Below are positions 24,692 through 37,900 of a DNA stretch of 64,000 nt, piece by piece. The notes under the pieces were generated by a model. That model was not told the DNA's origin. It saw only the letters and a list, made by a program, of their open reading frames with translations, and searched no databases. How positions within the stretch are numbered: the stretch's first letter is position 1; every line of letters starts with the position of its first letter. Origin of the DNA: Massalongia carnosa. Its lineage: Eukaryota. Where the stretch lies: assembly GCA_965645245.1 (NCBI GenBank), contig OZ287075.1:806001-870000 (forward strand). Reading direction: 5' to 3'. Position numbers and translations under genes: made by a program.

Positions 24692-25237
24692 GTTGCCTCC
24701 ACCATCCCCGGTACGACTCCGGTTCGGGCCGTGTTGCTCACGGTAGCTATCAATCGGATGGTTTTCATAACCCAATTCCCTTCTATCGTGTAAGTTGTGA
24801 CCCTACACTATGTGTCTATATGTTTTATTACTTTCAGCCAGAGGGCTCCGTTTTGTAGACGAAGGAGACCCGTGTGATAGACATAGCTGACCCGTGTCGT
24901 ACGTCTTTAGCTCTCAGCCGATGACTGCATGAAAGGACTTGAACCTTTAAGAGTATGACCGAACGTTGTTAACGAGGTCTATGAAAATCTTATTAACGAG
25001 GTCTTCGAGAACAATATTAACGAAGTTCCGCTGAACTCTTTTCATTCGTTTTGTGATCCATCGAGGTCTACCCGTGTCAAATCCACACCATGCCCGTGTC
25101 AAAATACATTATTTTCAGCTGATGACTGCTAGAAAGGATTTGAACCTCTAAAAATATGTACTCCGATATTAACGGGGTGCAGATCTGTCTTAACGAGCCC
25201 CCACAGAACCCCCTTCACAGGGACTTGTTATTGGTTT

Positions 25238-25276
25238 GTGACTGTGTTTTTTGTGACTGTGTGTTTTGTGACTGTG
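25238..25276. repeat. Three GTGACTGTG units at 15-bp period abutting a LINE poly(T)
   Basis: Units at 25238, 25253 and 25268, separated by T-rich spacers. Confidence 0.85.
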
Positions 25277-25510
25277 TTTTTTTTTTTTTTTATTCATTAA
25301 GTGTATTCAACCTAAGGTTATGACACTAAACTATTTTAGGATATGTTTCTATATTACAAATAAATCAACCCTTTATAACCCATCTATGTATCGTCAATTT
25401 TTCCCCATTTTTACTCCGTGTTAGTAAAAACCTATAGTAATCGAAAATTATCGATTTTACAATTTATCTTTGTAAGTTCGTAACTGTTTCAGCATAAATC
25501 GTTTCTGATT

Positions 25511-28500
25511 TTACTGTTCGATCTCTCCCCAACCTCCAGTTTCGAAAATATCGTCATCAAGCTGACCTAGTATCCATTTTCTAGTCGCGATTTTGTTATT
25601 GACAATGAATTTAATCAAAATGTCATTTCCGATTTTTGTATTAAACAACATATTCAAGTTGATCGTAGTATCGATGGTTTGTTTCATGTTTTGAATTTCA
25701 TCGAAATAGTGAATGCAATTCAATAACAAGTGTTCTGGCGTTTGTCGTTGATTGCATCGATTTGAGCATTTTGACGAATTATAATCTTTCAATCGATGTA
25801 AATATGATCGAAAATAGCCGTGTCCGAATTTTAATTGCATAATAGTAGCAAATATCAATTTGGAACAGTTGTTTGATAAATAATAAAATCTCGATATGCC
25901 AGGTTTCATTTCGAATTTCTCGTAGTATTTGCCTTTTGATTTGCATTGTTGCCATTGATTCGTCCATGTGGTTAGCATATTTTGATTTATTTGATCTTTT
26001 ACATAATCAAATGTTATAGCCGAGGACTCGACTAGGATTTGATTATGGCCCGTCTTTGCTATTTTGTCTGCAATTTCGTTTTCGGTAATATTCGAATGAC
26101 TCGGAACCCATTGCAAAATCACCTGATAATTGCTTTCAAATAAGCGTTTTGCGAGCTTTCGAATTTGTCTTGCGAAAATATGATTTTTCAAGTTCTGAAT
26201 TTCGTTTATCGCGTTTATACTATCAGAAAAAATCCAAATCGTTTTTTCCAAGTTCGATAAAATATTAGTATTAGACAATTTATAGACCCATTTCATTGCT
26301 TGTAAAATTGCATGCAGTTCAGCATTTTTAATGCTTGACTGTTTGCTTAATTTCCAGCTTTTCGAAATCGTATGATACTTGATCAGACAATCTTTTTCGA
26401 TAAATCGATCAAAAGTATTGATAATACTACTCCAATTCCTCATAATTGGCGCAAATGTGACTGCAGACGTTGCAAATTCGATTTTTGATCCATCCGTATA
26501 AAGTAAAACTCGGGATTTATCGGAGTTCATTGATTGAATTTTGGATAAGGTCGAATAATAACTTGATTTAGCAGATTCCTTTGTATTTTCGATTTGAAAT
26601 TCGATTTTGCACGGCGATTTCCAAGGTTTAATAAAATGATTTGATTGTTCAAACTCATCAGTTTTGTGAACTATGTCGGAAACGGAATGAAGAACGCGAA
26701 TGAGCTGACTAGGATGTCGTTTATTTGTTTGTTTTTCGTCTTCGTTCCATTCGGCATATTTGTTGTTCCATAAACTAGTGTCAAAACCGATGTTTTCGAA
26801 TTTTATCGAATATGTATTTGGAATTCTTTGACAAATAGGGTTATTTTCGGCAATCTTCAATAATCGAATTGGGTATTTTTGATTTTTCATTAATAATCGA
26901 AGTTTAACTGGTAAAACATGTGATTCAATTTCCATCGCCTGAATAGGTGTGGTTTTGAAAGTTCCTAAAATCTTTCGAATAATTCGATTTTGTAGGTTCT
27001 GAAATAGTTTTTCATATTTCTTTTGACCATTATACCAAATTTCTGAGCCATAGTCCGAAATAGGAATAATGCATGACAAATAGAGCTGTCTGCATGCGGT
27101 CGGTTTCAGACCCCATTCGGATTTCATCAAATTCTGAATTGCAAAAAACGATCGATTCGCAGAAGAGATTCGCGTTTCGACGTGTTTTTTGAAATTCAGT
27201 TTCCGGTCTAACCAGACGCCCAACCATTTGACTACATTTTTCGGTTCTAGTACTGTCCCGTTTGGTAATTCCAATGTGTCTTTCGATACATTTCTTGTCT
27301 TTTCGAAGTGAATCAGCTCGGATTTATCGTCATCAAATTTGACATTATTCGATGCGGCCCAATCAAAAGCTGTTTTGACTATGATTTCGATTTCTTTGCA
27401 ATTTTGTTTTGCAGTTTTATTTTCTACATATATTGCAACATCGTCAATAAAACTGGGAGAATGTGCATTAAATTTCATTCGTATTTTCGGAAACAAGTGA
27501 CGAATGTAAATCAGAAATAGAATAGGCGAGATTGGTGAACCTTGTGGAATTCCTGATTCGACATAATATGTTTTGCTTTTGTTTTCATCGAATATTAAAT
27601 TGATCGATCGTTTTGTCATGAAATGCTTGACCCATTGAATTATTATGCGAGATAATTTGAGCTTTTTCATGACATTTAGCAGTTGATTAATCGAGACAAA
27701 GTCAAATGCGCCTATGACATCGAGTAATAAACAGGATAAAACGATTTTATTTCGATTCGCAATTTCGATATCATGAACGACGTTTATTACTGCGTCAATT
27801 GCAGAATGATTTTTGCGTCCGCCCATCTGTTCGATATCTAGTAAATTCGAATTTTCGCCGAATTAGGCTAGTCGATTTGCAACGATTTTCTCAGCAATTT
27901 TACCAAGACAATTTAGTAATATGATAATTCGATATGATTTTGGTAGCGAATAGTCTGATTTATTAGGTTTTTTCAGAACTGCACCGACTCCTGTCCGCCA
28001 GCATAACGGGTGATAACCGATTCGAATGAATTTCTAATAAATCATTAAAAACACGTTTTTCAACGATTGAAACGATTTTTGAACAATTGTAAAATTGATT
28101 GCATCAGGTCCACATGCTTTCTTCGGATTAAATAAATTAATCGCATTTTGCAGCTCGTTTTCGGTCAAATCTGGCCAATTATCATCATTTTCGCTGTCTT
28201 GATTTGGTAAATCTTCGACATTATCGTCTATAAATGGGTTTTTTGTGTACATTGCTGACACAAACGCATCGCACTTGTCATCAAACTGAACATTAAGCTT
28301 ATTTTCATGTAGAATCGGCGGTATTTTTTCGAATATGCGCGGTTTAGTATATTTATACGCGGTAAACACGTCTTTATTCGCTGCATTTTCTAGAAAAGTC
28401 AATCAGGATTGTTGTTTTGCTTTTCGAATTGCATGAAAATACTCAATTCGACTATGTTTAAACGTCCGATGACTAAAATCGGACGGATAATTCTTCCATT

Positions 28501-29524
28501 CTCGACGATGCCTGCACATGATTATTCGAAGTTCGGTTAAATCTTGTGACCACCAATTTTTCGATTTTGCACATATTTTTGTTTTCGTAATAAACATTTC
28601 AGCCGCGTTTTTGATAATTTTTTGCAAATGTATAGCTGATTCGTCGAATTGATGATTATTCAATAAACTTTGAACTTTTGATTCGTAGTTGATTGAATTT
28701 TCGTCTAGAAACTACGCGAATTTATTCCAATCGGCTTTATTACAATTGTATTTATTCGATAATGCGGTTGCATGTGACGTCAAATTCTTGAAAGATGCGA
28801 TTAGTTCAAATCGGATGACTTCATGATCTGAACCTGTGACTGCGTTTTCATCGATTGCCCAGTTTGTAATTGCATTTTCGATTTTGGAATTTGCAAATGT
28901 TAAATCAATAACAGATGATGAACTTCCAGAATGGGCGTAGAATGTGCATAAATCAGGTGTGTTTATCAAACTACATTTGTTTATTTTCAACCATTTGACT
29001 AAATTTTCTGATCGAATTGCATGTTGAATTTTCGAATTCCACCAGTTATGATGTGCATTGAAATCTCCACATACGATGAATTGATTAGTTGATGTAGGTT
29101 GATATTTGATTAAAAGTCGATCGATCTTGTATGTTTCTCGATCATTTTGACTTTTTTCGTTATAAATATTGAAAATCGGCACTTTTCGAACTTCATCAAT
29201 TGTAATTTCAATAATTTGCATATCGGAATCGTCAATAAGATCCGTTCTAGGCGTGCATTGCAGTTTGGGATTGCATTTTGTGACAAATATAGCTACTCTC
29301 GAGCGATAAGTTGCTATTTTCGGCATAATGCATGTAAATGACGGATGTGATATTGTTTTTTGATCTCGTGTCCATGGTTCCTGAAACAAAACAATATCAA
29401 TTTGATTTGATAAAGCATATTCCAAACACGAAATCATAGCATTCGTTGACCTTCCACAGTTGTGTTGAATAAATTTGACATTGTGAGTATTTTCTATATT
29501 TGCCAACGAATGCTGTCCTGCAAT
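25511..29524 (-). pseudogene. B1 ORF2 (APE-RT-RNase H-CCHC); start ATG mutated to ATT; several stops
   Basis: ORFs 28712-29506, 28403-28663, 28034-28402 and 25511-27826. Confidence 0.92.
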
Positions 29525-29555
29525 TATAAGGCGGATAATTCGTCAGCCGATTTTC

Positions 29556-30445
29556 TTTTTTTATTTTTTTTATTTATTCATTAAGTGTATTCAACCTAAG
29601 GTTATGACACTAAACTATTTTAAGATATGGTTTTATTTTACAAATAAATCAACCCTTTATAACCCAACTATCTATCGTCAATATTGCCCCGTTTTTACTC
29701 CGTGTTAGTAACAACCTTTAGTAATCGAAATATCGATTTTACAATTTGTTTTTGTAAAGCTCGTAAATATTCCAGCATAAATCATTTCTAATTTTACTGT
29801 TCGATCTCTCCCCAACCTTCCGTTTCGATATTTTCGTCATCGAGCTGACCTAGCATCGATTTTCTAGTCGCGATTTTGTTATCAACAATAAATTTAATCA
29901 AAATATTATTTCCGATCCTAGTATTAAACAACATTTTTAAAGTAATTGTGGTATCGATATTTTGTTTCATGTTTAGGATTTCATTTGAATAATATATGCA
30001 ATTCATCAATAAGTGTTCTGGCGTTTGACGTTCGTTGCAGCGCCCTGTGCATTTTGACGAATTATAATCTTTCAATCGGTGCAGATATGATCGAAAATAA
30101 CCGTGTCCGAATTTCATTTGCATAATAGTCGCAAATATCAATTTCGAACAATTATTCGACAGATAATAAAAACTCGATTTGCCCGGCTGCATTTTGAATT
30201 TCTCATAGTATTTGCCTTTTGACTTGCATTGTTGCCATTGATTCGCTCATGTGGCTAACATATTTCGATTTATTTGACCCTTTATATAATCAAATGTTAT
30301 TATCGAAGACTCGACTAGGATTGGACTATGTCCCGCTTTTGCTGCTTTATCTGCAATTTCATTTTCGACGATTTTCGAATGACTAGGAATCCATTGTAGA
30401 ACCACCTGATAATTGTTTCCGAATAAGCATTTCGAGAATTTTCGA
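29556..30445 (-). mobile_element. 5'-truncated B3 LINE inserted in the end of B1 ORF1
   Basis: Poly(T). 14-bp TSD GTCAGC(C/A)GATTTTC at 29542-29555 and 30446-30459. Confidence 0.93.
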
Positions 30446-32002
30446 GTCAGCAGATTTTCGTGGATTTAATGCAGTAAACATTTCACAATGTTCATCATTT
30501 GATTGATGATTTTTATTGCAGTTTGCACATTTCACAACAACGTGTGCACACGCAGTTTTCGATTTGCATGTTATGCATTCATGATTACGTGTTTCATGAT
30601 TTTGTGCACAAATATAGCATTTTGATTTGTTTCGACACTGATAATGCTTGTGTCCGAATTTTTGACAATTAATACATTGTGTATTCGGACGAACGGAAGT
30701 AAATATTTCCGTGTCACAGTGTTTTCCCGCGATATTTACGCCTTTTAACGCGTTTAAGGCCTGATTTCGATCGTTAAAAGTCAAAACGACCGAAGAATTG
30801 ACTTTATTTTCGCGATCTCGCGCTAGCCATCTTGGTAAATCGCACAATTCCCTGTTAAGGTTGAATTTCTGGATTTCATTTTGCAAAAATTGCATATTTT
30901 GATCAAACTTTGCAATATTTACTCCATGTGCGATCACTTTAAACCAGGATTCGTCTTTTCGAATTCTTTGTGCATCGAACATATGTTCCCATATAGATTT
31001 GTTTTCCAACAATTCTGCAGCAGTGTTTTTCGAACTAGTAGTGAGAACGATATTCTGACCGGTTTTCGATTTTTCGACCGTGTTGATTACGATATCTAAC
31101 TTCGCGTTGCTGAATTGCGCGTTGATTTGATCTCGAAGTTTCAATGAGTCGATATCGCCGATTTGAATTTTTGGTGTAATTATCAGTCGTCTGAGTTTGA
31201 TTGCATTTAATTCGTCGGTTTTGTCGAGTTTGTTCGAGGTTTGACTCGAATTTTTCGATCTGGAAACAGTGGTCCAATTTTCGGAATTCGCAGTTGCTAT
31301 TCCAAGCATTTGACTCCAGGATGGAGGCGTGTTATTGACCTTTGTACTCGTAACCCCGGCGGTTTCTTTTCGTGCGTTCGTGTTGACGACTTTATTTGGA
31401 TTTTCAGTCATATTGACTTGTTGAACCCGAGTCGATTTTCGCGTTGTTTCTGAGGTTCGATTACTAGTCTGATCAATTACCTTGTCCAATTTCCAATTCA
31501 TCATGTCTAGTGTTGTTTTGATATTAATTGATTTTTTTGTCAATAAGGAATTGACATTATCAATGACTATTGCTGTTTCTGGATTTTGATCTAAGACAAA
31601 TGACTTCAATAACGCGGTTTTAGCCGTTTTGAGTAATCCAATCGATTGTGCTCGATTGATTGCTTCTTGGCTTTCCTCTACTCGTTCGTCGAATGTTTTT
31701 CGTTTGTTACGTTTGATGGGCGGGCTTAATTCTATATTAGAATTTAACGATGGCATGGGTAGATTGGTAGTAAATTGTCCAGATGGGAATTTGGTTGCTT
31801 TTGGGGTCGGCGTAGTCGGGGCGGACGAATATTCATGTGATTGATCCATAGGCTCGTCAAGTACAGGCGATTTTTCTATAAGTCCTACTGACGAGAGCCC
31901 CGGAGATTCCATTTGGGGAGGGTTTTGAGGAGTGCTCAGGGGTGTTCCCGGGGAGGCTCTCGATATAATTCGTCGAGTCCTAGGGAGTACCGGATTGAAC
32001 AT
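30446..32002 (-). pseudogene. B1 ORF1, last codons displaced by the nested insertion
   Basis: Nearly identical to 40145-41704; the true C-terminus (ELSAL*) lies at 29524-29541. Confidence 0.9.
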
Positions 32003-32448
32003 GATTTAATAAATAAATCGATATGCCTTTTCAATATCCCTTTTATCACCACCAAATAATTTATTCTGATGTTCCCCGGACGCACTAATCAGAATAGAAA
32101 TTTACACCAATTTACAGGTCTAACGACTCTTGCTTTCCTATCCCTATTTGTATGACAATAACTCGTCAAATAAATCCTAATCGGGTTAAAATAGACCGTT
32201 CCTCGCTTAGGCAGTAAATCTTATTTAACCCTTTACCAGAAACTACAATAGTTGAAAATAATGAAAGGTTTTTTTTTGCTTTTTTGCGATAAAAATAGAT
32301 CTAAGGCAAGGTAAGATAATAAGAGACTTCCTATTCTGATTAATCTGAAATAGGATCTTTGGTATAATCCTATTCCAGACGTTTTTCCCCTTCTTTTCAG
32401 TGATCTGTTGACCGGCCGTTCAATGGAGATCGATAAAGCCTAAAATGG

Positions 32449-32922
32449 ATGTTTTTTACTCGGACGCACCTCACCGCAGATCGAAACACAAGTACCGCAA
32501 CTTTTGATAATCTATAACTTTTACAGTCAATTTAGCCTCTATTTCTCAGTCATTTGAGCTCCTCCAGAACAAAAACGGACTCACATTGAGTGTAGCAGAG
32601 CTCAGGCAAAGCTCCAGCAGAGATTTTCTGCTGGTCGCACGCGACCGACGTGATAAAGCGCGCTCAAGGAGTTATAAAAAACAACAAATACCAACAACAT
32701 CACCAAAAATCGCTCTTTTTTCTCACTTTCTTCTGTTCTGTTGTCGCATTCTCTTCAATTATTACTACAAGAATTATCTACAAAAAATATCTACTGTCGC
32801 GGTACTGTACAACAACTGTCGCGACGACAAACTTTTTTGAAGTTCATTTCTCATTTAAGGTTACGGGAACTTCCGCTAGGACAAATTTTCACAGTATATT
32901 TCACGTATAATTTCTGCATATA
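32449..32922. promoter_or_regulatory. 474-bp leader/spacer module between divergent LINE 5' UTRs (putative promoter region)
   Basis: Non-coding, flanked by inverted 5' UTR arms, and repeated inverted at 39225-39698. Promoter function is inferred from position only. Confidence 0.5.
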
Positions 32923-33336
32923 CCATTTTAGGCTTTATCGATCTCCATTGAACGGCCGGTCAACAGATCACTGAAAAGAAGGGGAAAAACGTCTGGAATA
33001 GGATTATACCAAAGGTCCTGTTTCAGATTAATCAGAATAGGAAGTCTCTTATTATCTTACCTTGCCTTAGATCTATTTTTATCGAAAAAAAAAAGTTTCA
33101 TTATTTTCAACTATTGTAGTGTCTGGTAAAGGGTTAAATAAGATTTACTGCCTAAGCGAGGAACGGTCTACTTTAACCCGATAAGGATTTATTTGACTTG
33201 TTATTGTCAATTAAATAGGGATAGGAAAGAAAGAGTTATTTGACCATTAAATCGGTGTAATTTCTATTCTGACTAGTACGTCTGGGGAACGTCAGAATAA
33301 ACTATTTGGTGGTGATAAAAGGGATATAGAAAAGGC

Positions 33337-34967
33337 ATGTTCAACCAGGTAATCAACCCGGTAACCAACTCGGCACTTCCTAGAAATAGGCGATTTTTGG
33401 CGAGACCAACCCCCCAAGGCCCCCCACCTAGAAATTTATCGGCCCCCCCGAGTACTCCCCCGGGTCCTCCCCGAAACGACTCTCCCGCGCCATCTTCAGT
33501 AGCCATGATAGGGAGCTCACCCCCATCCGACGAGTTTATAGAAGCTATAGACCAGTCAGGGAAATTTTCGTCCGCCCCCTCCACACCGACCCCTAAAGCG
33601 AAGGCGTTCATTGCTCCATCTGGTGAATTTACTACTAATTTACCTATGCCGTCATTAAATTCGAATATTGGATTAAGCTCGCCAATCAAACGCAATAAAA
33701 GAAGAACATTTGACGAGTTTTCGATTCAAAGTCAAGAAGTCATCAATCGAACGAAATCAATTCAACTATTGAATACAGCTAAAAACGCACTATTGGAGTC
33801 ATTCGTATTAGATCAAAATCCCGAAACGGCTATTGTCATTGATAACATCAAATAACAATCAAGCCTAAAGCAACGCTGGAAATGATTGATTGGAAATTGA
33901 ATAGGGTGCTAGAACAAACTAGCAAAATTCCAGAAACAACGGAACAATCGGTGCGACCTACGCAAGCAAATTCGAATGGAAATTCGAATTTGACTAAAAA
34001 CGTCAAACAAGCCATTCGGAGGGGAACCGCCGAGGTCCCGGGGCCGCAGGTCAACGAGTCAACTAAAACATGGAGTCAAATGCTCGGAAGAGCAACCTCT
34101 AATTCCGAAAATTGGACCACCGTTTCTCGAACGAAAAAATCGAATACTAATTCTAATTCGAACAAATTCGATAATACGGACGATTTCAACGCGATTAAAT
34201 CAAGACGATTAATTATTACACCGAAAGCTCAAATCGGCGATATCGATTCATTGTTGCTTCGAAACCAAATCAATTCGCTTTTTAAAGACGCGAAATTGAC
34301 TATCGTTGTCAACACGGTCGAAAAGTCCAAAACGGGACAAAACATCGTTCTGACTACTAGTCCAGAGAACACTGCTGAAGATTTATTGAACAATAAATCA
34401 ATATGGGAGCATTTATTTGACCCACGAACAGTTCGAAAGGATGAATCGTGGTTTAAAGTAATCGCGCATGGCATAAATATTGCAACGTTTGATGAAAACA
34501 TGCAATATTTGCAGGATGAAATTCAAAAGTTCAATTCGAACATGCAATTATGCGATATTCCAAGATGGCTAGCACGTGATCGTCAAAACAAGATCAAATC
34601 GTCTGTTGTTTTGACGTTCAATGATCGAAATATGGCTTTGAACGCGTTGAAAGGAGTAAATATCGCGGGAAGACACTGTGACACGGAAATATTTACCTCC
34701 GTTCGACCAAATACGCAATGCATCAATTGCCAAAAATTTGGCCACAAGCATTATCAATGCAAAAATCAAGCGAAATGCAATATATGTGCACAAAATCATG
34801 AAACTCACAATCATGAATGCACAACTTGCAAATCCAAAATCGCGTGTGCACATGTCGTCGTCAAATGCGTCAATTGCAATCTAAATCATCAGTCAAATGA
34901 TGAACGATGTGAAATGATTGCATCATTAAACGTTCGAAAATCGACTGACGAATTATCCGTGTTGTAA
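33337..34967 (+). pseudogene. B2 ORF1, frameshifted by a small deletion near 33850
   Basis: ORFs 33337-33855 and 33882-34967 align end to end with B1 ORF1. Confidence 0.9.
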
Positions 34968-37900
34968 TGGCAGGACAACATTCGTTGACAAACATCGAAA
35001 ATACACAAAATGTCAAATTTATTCAACACAATTGTGCAAAGTCAACGAATGCAATGATTTCGTGTCTGGAATACGCAGTATTAAATCAAATTGATATTGT
35101 TTTATTTCAGGAACCTTGGACACGCGATCAAAAAACTATTTCTCATCCGTCATTCACATGCATTATGCCGAAAATAGCAGCTTATCGCTCGAGAGTAGCT
35201 TTATTTGTCACTAAATGCAATTCGAAACTACAATGCATCCCTAGAACGGATCTTATTGACGATCCCAATATGCAAATTATCCAGATTACAATTGATGATA
35301 TTCGAAAAGTACAGATTATCAACATTTACAATGAAAAAAGTCAAAACGATCGAGAAACATATACAATCGACCGACTAATAGTCAAATATCAACCAACATT
35401 CAATGATCAATTCGTAATATGTGGAGATTTCAATGCACATCATAACTGGTGGAATTCGAAAATTCAGCATGCAATTCGATCTGAAAATCTAGTGAAATGG
35501 TTAAAATCAAAAAAGTGTAGTTTGATTAATACGTCTGATTTATGTACATTTTACGCCCATTCTGGAAGTTCTTCATCTGTTATTGATTTAACATTTGCAA
35601 ATTCTAAAATCGAAAATGCAATAACAAATTGGTCAATCGATGAAAACGCAGTCACAGGTTCAGATCATGAAGTAATTCGATTTGAATTAATCGCATCTTT
35701 CAAGAATTTGACGACACATGCATCCGCATTATCAAACAAATACAATTGCAATAAAGCCGATTGGGACAAGTTCGCGAAGTTTCTAGATGAAAATTCAATA
35801 AACTACGAAACACAGGTTCAAAGTTTATTGAATAATCATCAATTCGACGAATCAGCGATCTATTTGCAAGATATTATTAAAGACGCAGCTGAAATGTTTA
35901 TTCCGAAGACCAAAATTTGTGCAAAATCAAAAAATTGGTGGTCGCAAGATTTAACTGAACTCCGAAAAATTATGTCTAGACATCATCGAGAATGGAAGAA
36001 TTATCCCTCCGATTTTAGTCATAGAACCTTTAAACATAGCCGAATCGAATATTTTCATGCAATTCGAAAAGCAAAACAACAAACTTGGTTGACTTTTCTA
36101 GAAAATGCAGCGAATAAAGACGTATTTACAGCGTATAAATACACTAAACCTCGCATATTCGAAAAAATACCACCAATTCAATATGAAAATAAGTTAAATG
36201 TTCAATTCGATGACAAATGCGATGCATTTGTTGCAGCAATGTACACAAAAAACCTATTTATAGACGATAATGTCGAAGACTTATCGAATCAAGACAACGA
36301 AGATGACAATAATTGGCCGGATTTGACCGAAAACGAGTTGCAAAATGCGATTAGTTTGTTTAATCCGAAAAAGGCATGTGGCCCTGATGCAATCAACTTT
36401 ACAATTGTTCAAAAATCGTTTCAATCGTTGAAAAACGTGTTTTTTATGATTTATTCAAAATTCATTCAAACCGGTTATCATCCGTTATGCTGGCGGACAG
36501 GACTCGGTGCAGTTTTGAAAAAACCTAATAAATCAGATTATTCGCTGCCAAAATCATATCGGATTATCACTTTACTAAACTGTCTTGGTAAAATTGCTGA
36601 GAAAATCGTTGCAAATCGCCTTGCCTACTTCGGCGAAAATTCGAATTTATTAGACATCGAACAGATGGGCGGACGCAAAAATCACTCTGCAATTGACGCA
36701 GTAATGAACGTCGTTCATGATATCGAAATAGCGAACCGAAAAAAGAACGTTTTATCATGTTTATTACTCGACATCAAAGGCGCATTTGACTTTGTATCGA
36801 TTAATCAGCTGTTAAATGTCATGAAAAATCTGAAATTATCTCGCATAGTTATTCAATGGGTCAAAAATTTTATGACAAAACGATCGGTCTATCTAATATT
36901 CGATGAAAATAAAAGCAAAACCTATTATGTCGAATCAGGAATTCCACAAGGCTCACCTATTTCGCCTATATTATTTTCGATCTACATTCGTCACTTATTT
37001 CCGAAAGTACGAATGAAATTCAATGCACATTCTCCTAGTTTTATAGACGATGTTGCAATATATGTCGAAAATAAAACTGCAAAACAGAATTGCAAAGAAA
37101 TCGAAATCATAGTAAAAACTGCATTTGATTGGGCCGCATCGAATAATGTCAAATTTGATGACGAAAAATCCGAACTGATTCACTTCGAAAAGACAAGAAA
37201 TGCATCGAAAGACACACTGCAATTACCAAACGGAACTATAATGGAACCGAAAAATGTAGTCAAATGGTTGGGAATCTGGCTAGATCGAAAACTGAATTAC
37301 AAAAAACACGTCGAAACTCGAATTTCTTCTGCAAATCGGTCATTCTTTGGGATTCAAAATTTGATGAAATCAGAGTGGGGTCTTAAACCGACTGCATGTA
37401 GACAGCTTTATTTGTCATGCATCGTTCCTATTTCGGATTATGGTTCAGAAATTTGGTACAATGGTCAACAGAAATATGAGAAACTATTTCAGAATTTGCA
37501 AAATCGTATTATTCGAAAGATTTTAGGAACATTCAAAACCACACCTGTTCAAGCGATGGAAATTGAATCACATATTCTACCAGTCAAACTACGATTATTG
37601 ATGAAAAATCAAAAATATGCTATTCGATTGTTGAAGATTGCCGAAAATAATCCCATTTGTCAAAGAATTCCAAACACATATTCGATGAAATTCGAAAACA
37701 TCGGTTTTGATACTAGCTTATGGAACAACAAATATGCCGAATGGAACGAAGACGAAAAACAAACAAATAAACGACATCCTAGTCAGCTTATTCGTGTTTT
37801 GCACTCCGTTTCGGACATAGTTCACAAAACTGATGAATTCGAAATATCAAATAACTTCATAAAACCATGGAAGTCGTCGTGTAAAATCGAATTTCAAATC

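Larger units (their letters stand above)
25277..32933 (-). mobile_element. Full-length family B (B1) LINE with ~930-nt leader, interrupted at 29556-30445
   Basis: Inverted near-identical copy of 39214-45954; poly(T) at 25277-25291. Confidence 0.94.

Noticed and set aside
24916..25145. CTGATGA-N6-GAAA motif (and a CCGATGA variant) resembling a hammerhead core
   Set aside because: No pairing for stem II and no convincing stems I or III.
30383..30445. Extended C-terminus on the 539-aa ORF1
   Set aside because: Out-of-frame read-through into the nested B3 insertion.
32586..32974. Overlapping 77-113-aa ORFs in the 474-bp module (mirrored at 39065-39561)
   Set aside because: Non-ATG starts, low complexity, no motifs; they recur only because the DNA is duplicated.
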